In this document: positions 5,924 through 13,683 of the stretch, piece after piece
How positions within the stretch are numbered: position 1 is the first letter of the stretch
How the letters are laid out: every line of letters starts with the position of its first letter
The notes under the pieces: generated by a model
What the model was told of the DNA's origin: nothing
The model's database searches: none
What the model saw: the letters and a program-made list of their open reading frames with translations, nothing else
Assembly: GCA_964410795.1 (NCBI GenBank)
Contig: CAYPIM010000113.1
Coordinates: 5,247-18,929 of the forward strand
Origin: an uncultured Lewinella sp.
GTDB lineage: Bacteria; Bacteroidota; Bacteroidia; Chitinophagales; Saprospiraceae
DNA: 13,683 nt
Direction: 5' to 3'
Position numbers and translations under genes: made by a program

Positions 5924-5931
5924 CAAACGTA
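5924..5931 (-). promoter_or_regulatory. Candidate Bacteroidota-type -7 promoter box (TACGTTTG, an exact match to TAnnTTTG) for the metallophosphoesterase gene.
   Basis: The minus strand reads ATTAATTACGTTTGTTGAGT. The only TTTG upstream is about 35 nt away, which is too far for a canonical -33 element. Confidence 0.4.
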
Positions 5932-6339
5932 ATTAATGTGTTAACTGTTTGTTACCGCACTGCTTTCAAAGGGTTATTTCTTGCACCTGCGGCCGCGCCT
6001 TCAAAAAACAGACATTAGGGATGAGCTTAGAGAAAGGGGGCTTCTTTAGCCTTGCTCTCAAGGGTTCACTTTATTAATTTGCCTGGAATGTAAATGTGTG
6101 AAATATTTTACCGAATAATTCCATTTCGCAGTTTAAAGTTCCGTTTTTTCGAAGGAAATGAAGGTCAAGCAATAATTAGCGGCCGGTAAAACAACTTTTC
6201 ATTGACCTTTCAAAACTTGCTTTAGGTTCTAAGCTAACTTATCTTGCGGAACACAATAGTATTGACGAATTCACCACATTCCTGTTCTCAATGCTAAAAT
6301 AGCCTAACCAAGTAGTACTGCTGATTTAACCCAAACACC

Positions 6340-6356
6340 GCGGCCCCAAGGGCCGC
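6340..6356 (+). promoter_or_regulatory. All-GC 7-bp hairpin (GCGGCCC-CAA-GGGCCGC) in the gltB leader, 27 nt upstream of the start codon.
   Basis: The perfect inverted repeat pairs g6340..c6346 with g6350..c6356. It has no U-tail, so it is not a canonical terminator. Its function is unknown. Confidence 0.35.
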
Positions 6357-6383
6357 AGGGTCAACTTACATACTTGATTTTTC

Positions 6384-9300
6384 ATGCGTTATCAGGCTGA
6401 TACCCCCCGCCAGGAAGGACTTTATACCCCACACACAGAATCTGATGCTTGTGGCACCGGATTTATCGCAAATCTTACCGGAAACCCATCGCATAGTTTA
6501 GTCACAGATGCGCTGACGATGCTCATTAATATGGAACACCGCGGAGCTTGCGGTTGTGAGCCGAATAGCGGTGACGGAGCTGGAATTTTAGTTCAAATCC
6601 CCCACGAATTTTTTGCCCGTAAACTGACGGAAAAAGGAAAAACCTTACCTGAAAAAGGAAAATACGGCGTAGGTATGATGTTTCTACCTGCCGAGAAACA
6701 ACTACTACAGCGCTGCCTCTATCTCTTTGAAGATTATGCCGACGAGATGGGCTTTGATTTGATCCACTATCGTAAAGTCCCAACGGACCATGAGGAAATC
6801 GGCCCAACCAGCAAAAGTGTAGAACCTCGTTTTCAACAAGTATTTGTGAAGCCTCGTGTTGATCTGGATCCAAAAGACCTGGAGCGAAAACTCTATGTTT
6901 TGCGCAAATTCGCTACCCACAAGATTCATTCAACCTACCCGGAAACGCGGGACCAATTTTACCTAGCCAGTTTTAGCTATAAAACCATTGTTTATAAAGG
7001 GCAGCTTACTACATGGCAGCTACCTGGATACTATAACGACTTGCAGAGTCAGGATTTCAAATCCGCCATCGCGCTTATCCACAGTCGCTTTTCTACGAAT
7101 ACAGTACCGAAGTGGAAACTTGCCCAGCCTTTCCGGATGGTAGCCCACAACGGAGAGATTAACACCATCCAGGGGAACGTAAACTGGTGGAAATCCAAGG
7201 AAAGTCTGATTCGCGAAACCGCTCACTTTACTAAAGATGAGCTGGACAAGATTTACCCCGTGTGTGGCACCGGTTTATCCGATTCGGCTAACTTCGATAA
7301 TGTTCTTGAATTCCTGACTCTTAATGGGATCAGCATTCCGCATGCGCTGATGATGATGATTCCCGAAGCCTGGCAGGACGACGAACAAATGCCCGACTAC
7401 AAGCGTGCTTTTTACGAATATGCCAAGGGCTTGATGGAGCCATGGGATGGCCCCGCCAGTATTTGTTTTACGGATGGTGTCTTAGTTGGCGCAACCCTGG
7501 ACCGAAACGGATTGAGGCCCAGTCGTTGGTGTCTCACGGAAGATAATGTTTTAATTGTAGCCTCGGAAGCAGGTGCATTGCCGGTTGATCAATCCAAAGT
7601 AGTCCAGAAAGGACGCCTATCCCCCGGACGAATTCTCGTCGCTGACCTCGAAGAACACCGAGTGATTGGCGATGAGGAACTGAAGGAAGCAATCTGTAAA
7701 CGACTTCCCTATCGGGAATGGCTTGATGAGCACCGCATTCGCCTGGACGATTTGCCCCTACGGAGGAAAGCAGATATCAGCATGGATCAGAAAACGCTAT
7801 TCCAGCGTCTTCAACTCTTCGGCTACACGAAAGAAGATATCAACTTCCTCTTGGAGCCCATGATCAAGGGAGGTAAAGATCCCATCGGCTCTATGGGGTC
7901 AGATACTCCGCTTGCAGCGCTTAGCTTGCAGAGCCAACACCTGGCCAACTATTTTAAGCAACTCTTCGCCCAGGTGACCAACCCGCCCATCGACCCTATC
8001 CGTGAGCGGAGCGTTATGTCGCTCTATGCTATGCTTGGCAGTACGGATAACATCATGGAGATGAAACCCGGTAACGCTCAGAATATTCACCTTGATTCTC
8101 CGGTGCTAAGTAATGATGATATTACTCGTATCAAAGAGGTTCACCATAAAGATTTCAAAGCGGGGGTGATACTATCCGTCTTTCGGGCCGATGGTTTAGA
8201 GGGCAGGTTGAGCGCCGCTATCGAGCACATTAAAGCACAGGCAGAGAGCTTGGTTCGTACGGGGTACAACATCCTTGTTATTAGTGATCGAACCTCAGAT
8301 AGTTTCAATGCTCCGGTACCTAGCCTACTGGCTACCGGCGCGGTACACCACCACTTGGTCGAGCTTGGCCTGAGGGCCAAGACAAGCCTTGTCATCGAAG
8401 CTGGTGATGTAAGGGAAACCCATCACTTTGCTACCTTGGTCGGTTACGGTGCTTCTGCGGTAAATCCGTACATGGCCTTTGCTGCCTTGTCTAACCTATA
8501 CAAGTCTGGCGTCTTTGATGGCCAGGATGTCAGCCGGGACGATGTGCTGAAAATCTATAAGAAAGCTATTGGTAAGGGCCTGCTCAAGATTATGTCAAAA
8601 ATTGGTATCTCTACGCTTCAGTCCTACCAGGGCGCGCAGATATTCGAAGTGCTAGGGATCAACCATAAAGTTGTCAACGAATGCTTCCGGGGCTCCATCA
8701 GCCGAATCGAAGGCATCGGCTACGATGGTATCGCAAAGGAGGTGCTTGTTCGGCATAAGCTTGCTTTTCCGGCTAAGGCCGTTCCGAATCCGCAGTTGGA
8801 AGTAGGTGGTGTTTTCCAGTGGAAGCGCCGTGGCGAAGCCCACATGTTCAACCCTAAAAGCATTCATTATCTCCAGATTGCTTCCCGTAAGAACGATAAA
8901 GAAGCTTACGATAAATATAAAAAAGAAATCAACGAGCAAACAGAGAAAGCGCTTACTTTACGCGGTTTACTTGCCTTCCGAAAAGGTGATCCTATCGATA
9001 TTGAAGAGGTGGAACCGGCCAGTGAAATCATGAAACGCTTTGCCACGGGAGCGATGTCTTTTGGTTCCATCAGCTGGGAAGCACACACAACGCTGGCGAT
9101 TGCGATGAATAAAATCGGGGCGAAGTCCAATTCTGGCGAAGGTGGAGAAGACGAAGTTCGCTTCGAAATCAACGAAAAGGGAGAGAATATGCGTTCGGCC
9201 ATCAAGCAGGTCGCCTCCGGCCGCTTTGGGGTTTCGAGCTACTACCTTACCAATGCTGACGAACTTCAGATCAAAATGGCCCAGGGAGCTAAACCCGGTG

Positions 9301-10937
9301 AAGGTGGACATTTGCCTGGTCATAAGGTAAACGACTGGATTGGCCGTGTTCGGAACTCAACACCTGGCGTAGACCTCATCTCTCCACCGCCACATCACGA
9401 TATTTACTCCATCGAAGATCTTGCTCAACTGATTTACGATCTTAAAAATGCGAACCGCCGTGCGCGGATCAACGTGAAGTTGGTTTCTAAAGCGGGGGTA
9501 GGCGTTATCGCCTCCGGGGTAGCCAAAGCTAAAGCTGATGCTATCCTTATCGCCGGTCATGACGGCGGAACGGGAGCCTCTCCGCTCTCCAGCATCCGCC
9601 ATGCAGGCCTGCCGTGGGAGCTTGGCCTTGCCGAGTCTCACCAAACCCTTGTTCGAAATAAACTCCGTGATCGCGTCGTCCTGCAAACTGATGGCCAGAT
9701 ACGTACCGGTCGCGACCTGGTAATCGCAACTTTGCTCGGGGCAGAAGAGTATGGCGTTGCTACCGCAGCGCTCGTCGTCGAAGGCTGCATCATGATGCGT
9801 AAGTGTCATGTAAATACCTGCCCCGTTGGTATTGCGACCCAGAACCCAGACCTCCGGGCCCGGTTTACGGGAGACCCTGAGCACGTCATCAATTTCTTCC
9901 GCTTCCTGGCGGAAGATATGCGCTCAATAATGGCCGAGCTCGGCTTCCGAACCGTCAACGAAATGGTGGGGAAGGTAGAGCACCTCAAAGGCAACCGGGA
10001 TGCTGAACACTGGAAATACAAAGCGCTCGACCTTAGTCCTATTCTCTACAAAGAGATTGCAGATGAAAGCGTGGGGCTTTACAACAAAACGGTGCAGGAC
10101 CATGGCCTGAAGGATGTGCTTGACCGTCGCTTGCTGGAAGTTGCAAAGCCGGCATTGGAAAACGTCGAATCCGTACACGGGGAGTTCAAGATCAAAAATA
10201 CCGACCGGTCTACCGGGACGATGCTATCCAATGAAATCAGTCGCCGCTTCCACGGCGAAGGCCTACCGGACGGAGCGATTAAGTTCAATTTCCGGGGCTC
10301 GGCGGGGCAAAGCTTTGGCGCCTTCGGCGCCAAGGGCATCGAGTTCTTGCTGGAGGGAGAATCTAACGATTACTTCGGCAAGGGCCTCTCTGGTGGCCGC
10401 CTGGTTGTTGTTCCCGATCGTATTTCAAAGTTTGATCCGCACGAGAATATTATTATTGGCAATGTAGCTTTCTACGGTGCTACCGCCGGAGAAGCGTACA
10501 TAAAGGGTACGGCCGGTGAGCGTTTCTGTGTCCGGAATTCCGGCGTTAAAACAGTAGTGGAAGGCGTCGGAGATCATGGCTGTGAATACATGACCGGTGG
10601 CCTTGCCGTCATCCTTGGCGAAGTGGGCAAAAACTTTGGTGCAGGCATGTCTGGAGGAATGGCCTATATCTACGACCCTAATGAAAGCTTTGCCGCAAAA
10701 CTCAATGGAGACATGGCCGACATTGAGCCCCTTGAAGACTTCGACAAGGGCATCGTTAAGCTAATGGTGACCAACCATCTCACCTACACCAGCTCTGGAA
10801 TGGCTAAAAAGTTACTAAGTAACTGGGACGTTGAACTGGGTAATTTCCTTAAAGTAATGCCGCGCGATTATAAGCGGGTGTTGCTGGAAAAGGAGATGGT
10901 GCCTGATATTGAGGTTAAAGTTGCTGTCGGGGTTTAG
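6384..10937 (+). CDS. gltB: Glutamate synthase (GOGAT) large subunit.
   Basis: This is a 1517-aa ORF. A 22-aa propeptide precedes the Ntn catalytic Cys (ESDA-CGTGFIA). KPGEGGHLPGHKV marks the FMN/synthase domain. CIMMRKCHVNTCPVGIATQ carries the 3Fe-4S ligands. The C-terminal GXGXG beta-helix domain is present (GSAGQSFGAFGAKG ... GDHGCEYMTGG). Confidence 0.97.
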   Translation: MRYQADTPRQEGLYTPHTESDACGTGFIANLTGNPSHSLVTDALTMLINMEHRGACGCEPNSGDGAGILVQIPHEFFARKLTEKGKTLPEKGKYGVGMMFLPAEKQLLQRCLYLFEDYADEMGFDLIHYRKVPTDHEEIGPTSKSVEPRFQQVFVKPRVDLDPKDLERKLYVLRKFATHKIHSTYPETRDQFYLASFSYKTIVYKGQLTTWQLPGYYNDLQSQDFKSAIALIHSRFSTNTVPKWKLAQPFRMVAHNGEINTIQGNVNWWKSKESLIRETAHFTKDELDKIYPVCGTGLSDSANFDNVLEFLTLNGISIPHALMMMIPEAWQDDEQMPDYKRAFYEYAKGLMEPWDGPASICFTDGVLVGATLDRNGLRPSRWCLTEDNVLIVASEAGALPVDQSKVVQKGRLSPGRILVADLEEHRVIGDEELKEAICKRLPYREWLDEHRIRLDDLPLRRKADISMDQKTLFQRLQLFGYTKEDINFLLEPMIKGGKDPIGSMGSDTPLAALSLQSQHLANYFKQLFAQVTNPPIDPIRERSVMSLYAMLGSTDNIMEMKPGNAQNIHLDSPVLSNDDITRIKEVHHKDFKAGVILSVFRADGLEGRLSAAIEHIKAQAESLVRTGYNILVISDRTSDSFNAPVPSLLATGAVHHHLVELGLRAKTSLVIEAGDVRETHHFATLVGYGASAVNPYMAFAALSNLYKSGVFDGQDVSRDDVLKIYKKAIGKGLLKIMSKIGISTLQSYQGAQIFEVLGINHKVVNECFRGSISRIEGIGYDGIAKEVLVRHKLAFPAKAVPNPQLEVGGVFQWKRRGEAHMFNPKSIHYLQIASRKNDKEAYDKYKKEINEQTEKALTLRGLLAFRKGDPIDIEEVEPASEIMKRFATGAMSFGSISWEAHTTLAIAMNKIGAKSNSGEGGEDEVRFEINEKGENMRSAIKQVASGRFGVSSYYLTNADELQIKMAQGAKPGEGGHLPGHKVNDWIGRVRNSTPGVDLISPPPHHDIYSIEDLAQLIYDLKNANRRARINVKLVSKAGVGVIASGVAKAKADAILIAGHDGGTGASPLSSIRHAGLPWELGLAESHQTLVRNKLRDRVVLQTDGQIRTGRDLVIATLLGAEEYGVATAALVVEGCIMMRKCHVNTCPVGIATQNPDLRARFTGDPEHVINFFRFLAEDMRSIMAELGFRTVNEMVGKVEHLKGNRDAEHWKYKALDLSPILYKEIADESVGLYNKTVQDHGLKDVLDRRLLEVAKPALENVESVHGEFKIKNTDRSTGTMLSNEISRRFHGEGLPDGAIKFNFRGSAGQSFGAFGAKGIEFLLEGESNDYFGKGLSGGRLVVVPDRISKFDPHENIIIGNVAFYGATAGEAYIKGTAGERFCVRNSGVKTVVEGVGDHGCEYMTGGLAVILGEVGKNFGAGMSGGMAYIYDPNESFAAKLNGDMADIEPLEDFDKGIVKLMVTNHLTYTSSGMAKKLLSNWDVELGNFLKVMPRDYKRVLLEKEMVPDIEVKVAVGV

Positions 10938-10951
10938 GCCCCTTGCCCTAA

Positions 10952-10972
10952 AGATTTACTTCCAGTAAATCT
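10952..10972 (+). other. Perfect 9-bp AT-rich hairpin (AGATTTACT-TCC-AGTAAATCT) in the gltB-gltD spacer.
   Basis: Direct reading. The hairpin is preceded by a second small stem, TTTAGG(10933..10938)/CCTAAA(10947..10952), which overlaps the gltB stop codon. No U-tract follows either stem. Confidence 0.35.
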
Positions 10973-11049
10973 GTTATCCACATAGGTTCGCTGTTCAAAC
11001 CGCGAAGCTGAAAAATTAAAACTAGGCCAAGGCCGAGAAAATATATAAA

Positions 11050-12528
11050 ATGGCAGACCCTAAAGGCTTCCTACAAACAACAAGAGAACTCCCCGCAAAA
11101 CGCGAGGTTGAACAGCGTAAGCAAGACTGGAAAGAGCTCTACGAGCCCATGGCAGAGGAGAAGACCATAAAACAAGCCAGTCGCTGTATGGATTGTGGTG
11201 TCCCGTTTTGCCACAATGGTTGCCCGCTGGGCAACATCATTCCAGAGTTTAACGATGCAGTTTATCAGGAAGATTGGCAACAAGCCTGGAGCATTTTGAG
11301 CGAGACTAATAATTTCCCGGAGTTTACTGGTCGTATTTGCCCTGCGCCGTGCGAGAGTGCCTGCGTGCTTGGTATTAACCAACCACCCGTTGCGATTGAG
11401 CACATCGAGAAAAGTATTGCCGAGGAAGCTTTCTCAAGGGGGTACGCACGGCCTAATCCGCCCAATTACCGGACGGGGAAGAAGGTGTCCATTATCGGTT
11501 CCGGGCCAGCAGGTTTAGCCGCCGCTGCTCAGTTGAACAAAGCAGGGCATACGGTGACTGTTTACGAGCGTAATACCCGTATTGGTGGTTTGCTGCGCTA
11601 TGGTATCCCGGACTTTAAAATGGAAAAGAAGGTCATTGATCGACGGATAGCGTTGATGGAAGCGGAAGGCATCACTTTTGAAGTAAACGCGAATGTGGGC
11701 GGGAACGTAGATGCAAAGCAGGTTGTAAGAGAAAGTGATGCAGTTGTGCTCGCTGGCGGAAGCACCATTCCGCGCGATATCCCAGCACCCGGGCGCGAAC
11801 TGAAAGGAATTCACTACGCGATGTCTTTTCTCGAGCAGAACAATAAGCGCGTTGCCGGAGACGATCTTTCGGATCAATCCGAAATTCATGCCAAGGGTAA
11901 AAACGTTGTCGTTATCGGTGGCGGAGACACTGGCGCAGACTGCGTAGGTACCAGCAACCGTCATGGTGCTGCTTCAGTTACCCAGATTGAGATCATGGGG
12001 AAACCACCTACTGAACGTGACCCGAACAACTGGCCAAACTGGCCAATGATTCTGCGTACTTCTACCAGCCACGAAGAGGGCTGTGAGCGCGATTGGGCCA
12101 TTCTTACTGAAGCGTTTTTGGGGGATGAAGAAGGAAACCTGCGCGCCATCAAAACTACCCAAATTCGCTGGAGCAAAGATGCTACTGGACGGAATACCTT
12201 CGTTAAGGTCCCAGGAACCGAGAAGGAAATTCCCTGTGAACTACTGCTCATTGCGGCCGGCTTCCTTCATCCACAGCACGAGGGCTTGCTGAGCAAGCTA
12301 GGAGTTGGCCTAGATCCACGCCGCAACGTTGCTGCCGACCCAGTGCATGGATACCAAACCAGTGTGCCTAAGGTCTTTGCTGCCGGAGATATGCGTCGGG
12401 GGCAAAGCCTCGTCGTATGGGCAATATCAGAAGGGCGCGAGTGCGCGCGCTCTGTAGATGCTTTCTTGACCGGTGGAGAATCGGTTTTGGAAGGTAAGGA
12501 TGCAGGGAAGATGGCTTTAGGTGTGTAA
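11050..12528 (+). CDS. gltD: Glutamate synthase small subunit (NAD(P)H-dependent oxidoreductase).
   Basis: This is a 492-aa ORF. The N-terminal Fe-S cysteine cluster is CMDCGVPFCHNGCPLGNIIPE ... CPAPCESAC. Two Rossmann dinucleotide folds are present: VSIIGSGPAGLAAA and VVVIGGGDTGADC. It lies immediately downstream of gltB on the same strand. Confidence 0.97.
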   Translation: MADPKGFLQTTRELPAKREVEQRKQDWKELYEPMAEEKTIKQASRCMDCGVPFCHNGCPLGNIIPEFNDAVYQEDWQQAWSILSETNNFPEFTGRICPAPCESACVLGINQPPVAIEHIEKSIAEEAFSRGYARPNPPNYRTGKKVSIIGSGPAGLAAAAQLNKAGHTVTVYERNTRIGGLLRYGIPDFKMEKKVIDRRIALMEAEGITFEVNANVGGNVDAKQVVRESDAVVLAGGSTIPRDIPAPGRELKGIHYAMSFLEQNNKRVAGDDLSDQSEIHAKGKNVVVIGGGDTGADCVGTSNRHGAASVTQIEIMGKPPTERDPNNWPNWPMILRTSTSHEEGCERDWAILTEAFLGDEEGNLRAIKTTQIRWSKDATGRNTFVKVPGTEKEIPCELLLIAAGFLHPQHEGLLSKLGVGLDPRRNVAADPVHGYQTSVPKVFAAGDMRRGQSLVVWAISEGRECARSVDAFLTGGESVLEGKDAGKMALGV

Positions 12529-12681
12529 GAATACACTGAGGTCAAGACAATTTATAATTTCTCCAGGGCTTTCATTTTTTACAAAAATTGATACCCGGAC
12601 ATGCTCATTTTTAGAAAAAGCAAGCTTGCTGTTAAGAATCCTAAAATGAAACCGATGAAGTAGCAAACAAAACCCATACCT

Positions 12682-13683
12682 ATGCGCTTTGCTGCTTTTA
12701 TCACACTTTTATTATTTGCCCTTCTTGGACTCGACGCTCAGGATCAAGGCATGACCTCCGCCGCTCATCGAGCGCACACGGGCAAAATCGTTTTTGCCAA
12801 GGACCTCAACGCTATCGCTTTCAAAAAAGAACAAGCGTCCAGGTTTGCGGACTCTTTTAAGGCTTCAGACCCTATTTATGCCCGTCTCTACCTTCCGAAG
12901 AGTGTCGGTAATACACCGCACGGAGGAAACAAGGCCTACGCTGCTATCTATATGTACGATCTATACATTAATGGCCAGAAAGTCCCCTTCAAGAAGTACT
13001 TCGGAATGGCGGAGCATGTTCCGGACAGTGAAAGGACCTTTTACATGGAATCGATCACTAAGGACGCCAACCTTAATGTATGGACTACCTGGAGACCCAC
13101 ATTATTGCCCCGTGAAACTGATGAGGACTTAAAGTATGGTGGCGTTAATACAATGGCCCGCTGTTTTGTCCTTGCATTAATGGATCAACCAGCAGGGACC
13201 CACAGTGTCGAATTGAAAATGTACAGTCGGGAAATGGCTGGCGATGGCGAAACGGGCGTGCTTGCAAGTGGTAAATTTAGCCTCGAATTAACCGATGCAG
13301 ATAAGCGCTCCTTCGCTTTCAAATACGCACCTCCGCTACCTAAGGACGAGTGGGCTGGTAGCGATAAAGCCAGGCTAATCACGGACCTGGGCCGCGCTTT
13401 CGCCAATCAACTAAACAAAGAGCCAATCCTTGTTGGCTTGTCAGGTCGCGACTGGACCGAAAGCACCTACCGACTCACCGGAGGGAAATACCGCAAAGTA
13501 GCTGCCTGGGCAGTCTTTGAAGACACAGACAGTGACGGCCAGGTGCCGATCACTACCTACAATTGGATCAGCGACTACAGTGGTGGTAGTTGGACGAAGT
13601 GGCGATTTGATAGTTACTGTAACGGCTGCCCTGATTGGGACGTGGAGGTCGCTGCCGTTAAAGCCAAAGCTTCTCGGAAATGA
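12682..13683 (+). CDS. Hypothetical secreted protein (333 aa) with no domain I can recognise.
   Basis: The ORF is complete, with ATG at 12682 and TGA at 13681..13683, the last bases of the window. The N-terminus MRFAAFITLLLFALLGLDAQ is a signal peptide. The mature part is a non-repetitive globular sequence with mixed charge and aromatic content. A CNGC motif lies near the C-terminus. Confidence 0.7.
   Translation: MRFAAFITLLLFALLGLDAQDQGMTSAAHRAHTGKIVFAKDLNAIAFKKEQASRFADSFKASDPIYARLYLPKSVGNTPHGGNKAYAAIYMYDLYINGQKVPFKKYFGMAEHVPDSERTFYMESITKDANLNVWTTWRPTLLPRETDEDLKYGGVNTMARCFVLALMDQPAGTHSVELKMYSREMAGDGETGVLASGKFSLELTDADKRSFAFKYAPPLPKDEWAGSDKARLITDLGRAFANQLNKEPILVGLSGRDWTESTYRLTGGKYRKVAAWAVFEDTDSDGQVPITTYNWISDYSGGSWTKWRFDSYCNGCPDWDVEVAAVKAKASRK

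Noticed and set aside
6096-6111. CRP/FNR-like half-site TGTGA-N6-TTACC upstream of gltB.
   Set aside because: Only one half-site is perfect and the other matches 3/5, which is expected by chance in AT-rich DNA.
6526-10467. Numerous 60-175-aa ORFs inside or antisense to gltB, for example 9357..9884 (-), 8967..9323 (-), 6526..6873 (-) and 10114..10467 (+).
   Set aside because: All overlap the continuous 1517-aa GltB frame, which is motif-conserved along its full length. They are shadow ORFs with no motifs of their own.
11071-12545. ORFs antisense to or out of frame with gltD, for example 11515..11964 (-) of 149 aa.
   Set aside because: Same reasoning as for gltB: they overlap a fully recognisable GltD frame.
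12619-12630. 12-nt perfect palindrome AGCAAGCTTGCT as a gltD terminator.
   Set aside because: As RNA it gives only a 4-bp stem, and the T-run is on the wrong (minus-strand) side. I found no convincing intrinsic terminator after gltD.
12601-12663. 20-codon mini-ORF (MLIFRKSKLAVKNPKMKPMK) between gltD and the secreted-protein gene.
   Set aside because: It is too short and compositionally ordinary for AT-rich spacer, and I have no supporting signal.
1-13683. Search for mobile elements, defence systems, CRISPR, tRNA or rRNA genes.
   Set aside because: I found no transposase, integrase or recombinase motifs. No long inverted terminal repeats flank any gene. I saw no tRNA-like T-arm (GGTTCGAATCC-type) sequence and no rRNA. 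All large ORFs are housekeeping enzymes.

Overview
This 13.7-kb window is chromosomal core metabolism, most consistent with a Bacteroidota genome. No start codon is preceded by a Shine-Dalgarno sequence, and exact TAnnTTTG -7 boxes sit upstream of two genes. Gene order from left to right: (1) the 5' part of tilS on the minus strand, running off the window edge; (2) miaE (-); (3) an intrinsic terminator (-); (4) a GlgP-type alpha-glucan phosphorylase (-); (5) a gene-free interval of about 650 nt; (6) a 91-aa three-helix membrane protein (+), convergent with a secreted PPP-family metallophosphoesterase (-); (7) a 457-nt AT-rich upstream region; (8) the gltB-gltD glutamate synthase pair (+); (9) a 333-aa signal-peptide protein with no domain I can recognise (+). 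I see no transposase, integrase, phage gene, CRISPR/cas, toxin-antitoxin, restriction or other defence-type gene, and no tRNA or rRNA. I therefore do not think the window holds a novel multi-gene system. The unusual content is non-coding. Three unrelated heptanucleotide tandem arrays, a G10 tract and a 13-nt direct repeat are packed into the short spacers of the tilS-miaE-glgP cluster (318..1257). The large gap (3818..4468) carries a 28-nt near-perfect direct repeat and a three-segment mutually exclusive hairpin arrangement that no feature explains. All product calls rest on motifs I recognised by eye in the ORF-track translations. No database search was run.
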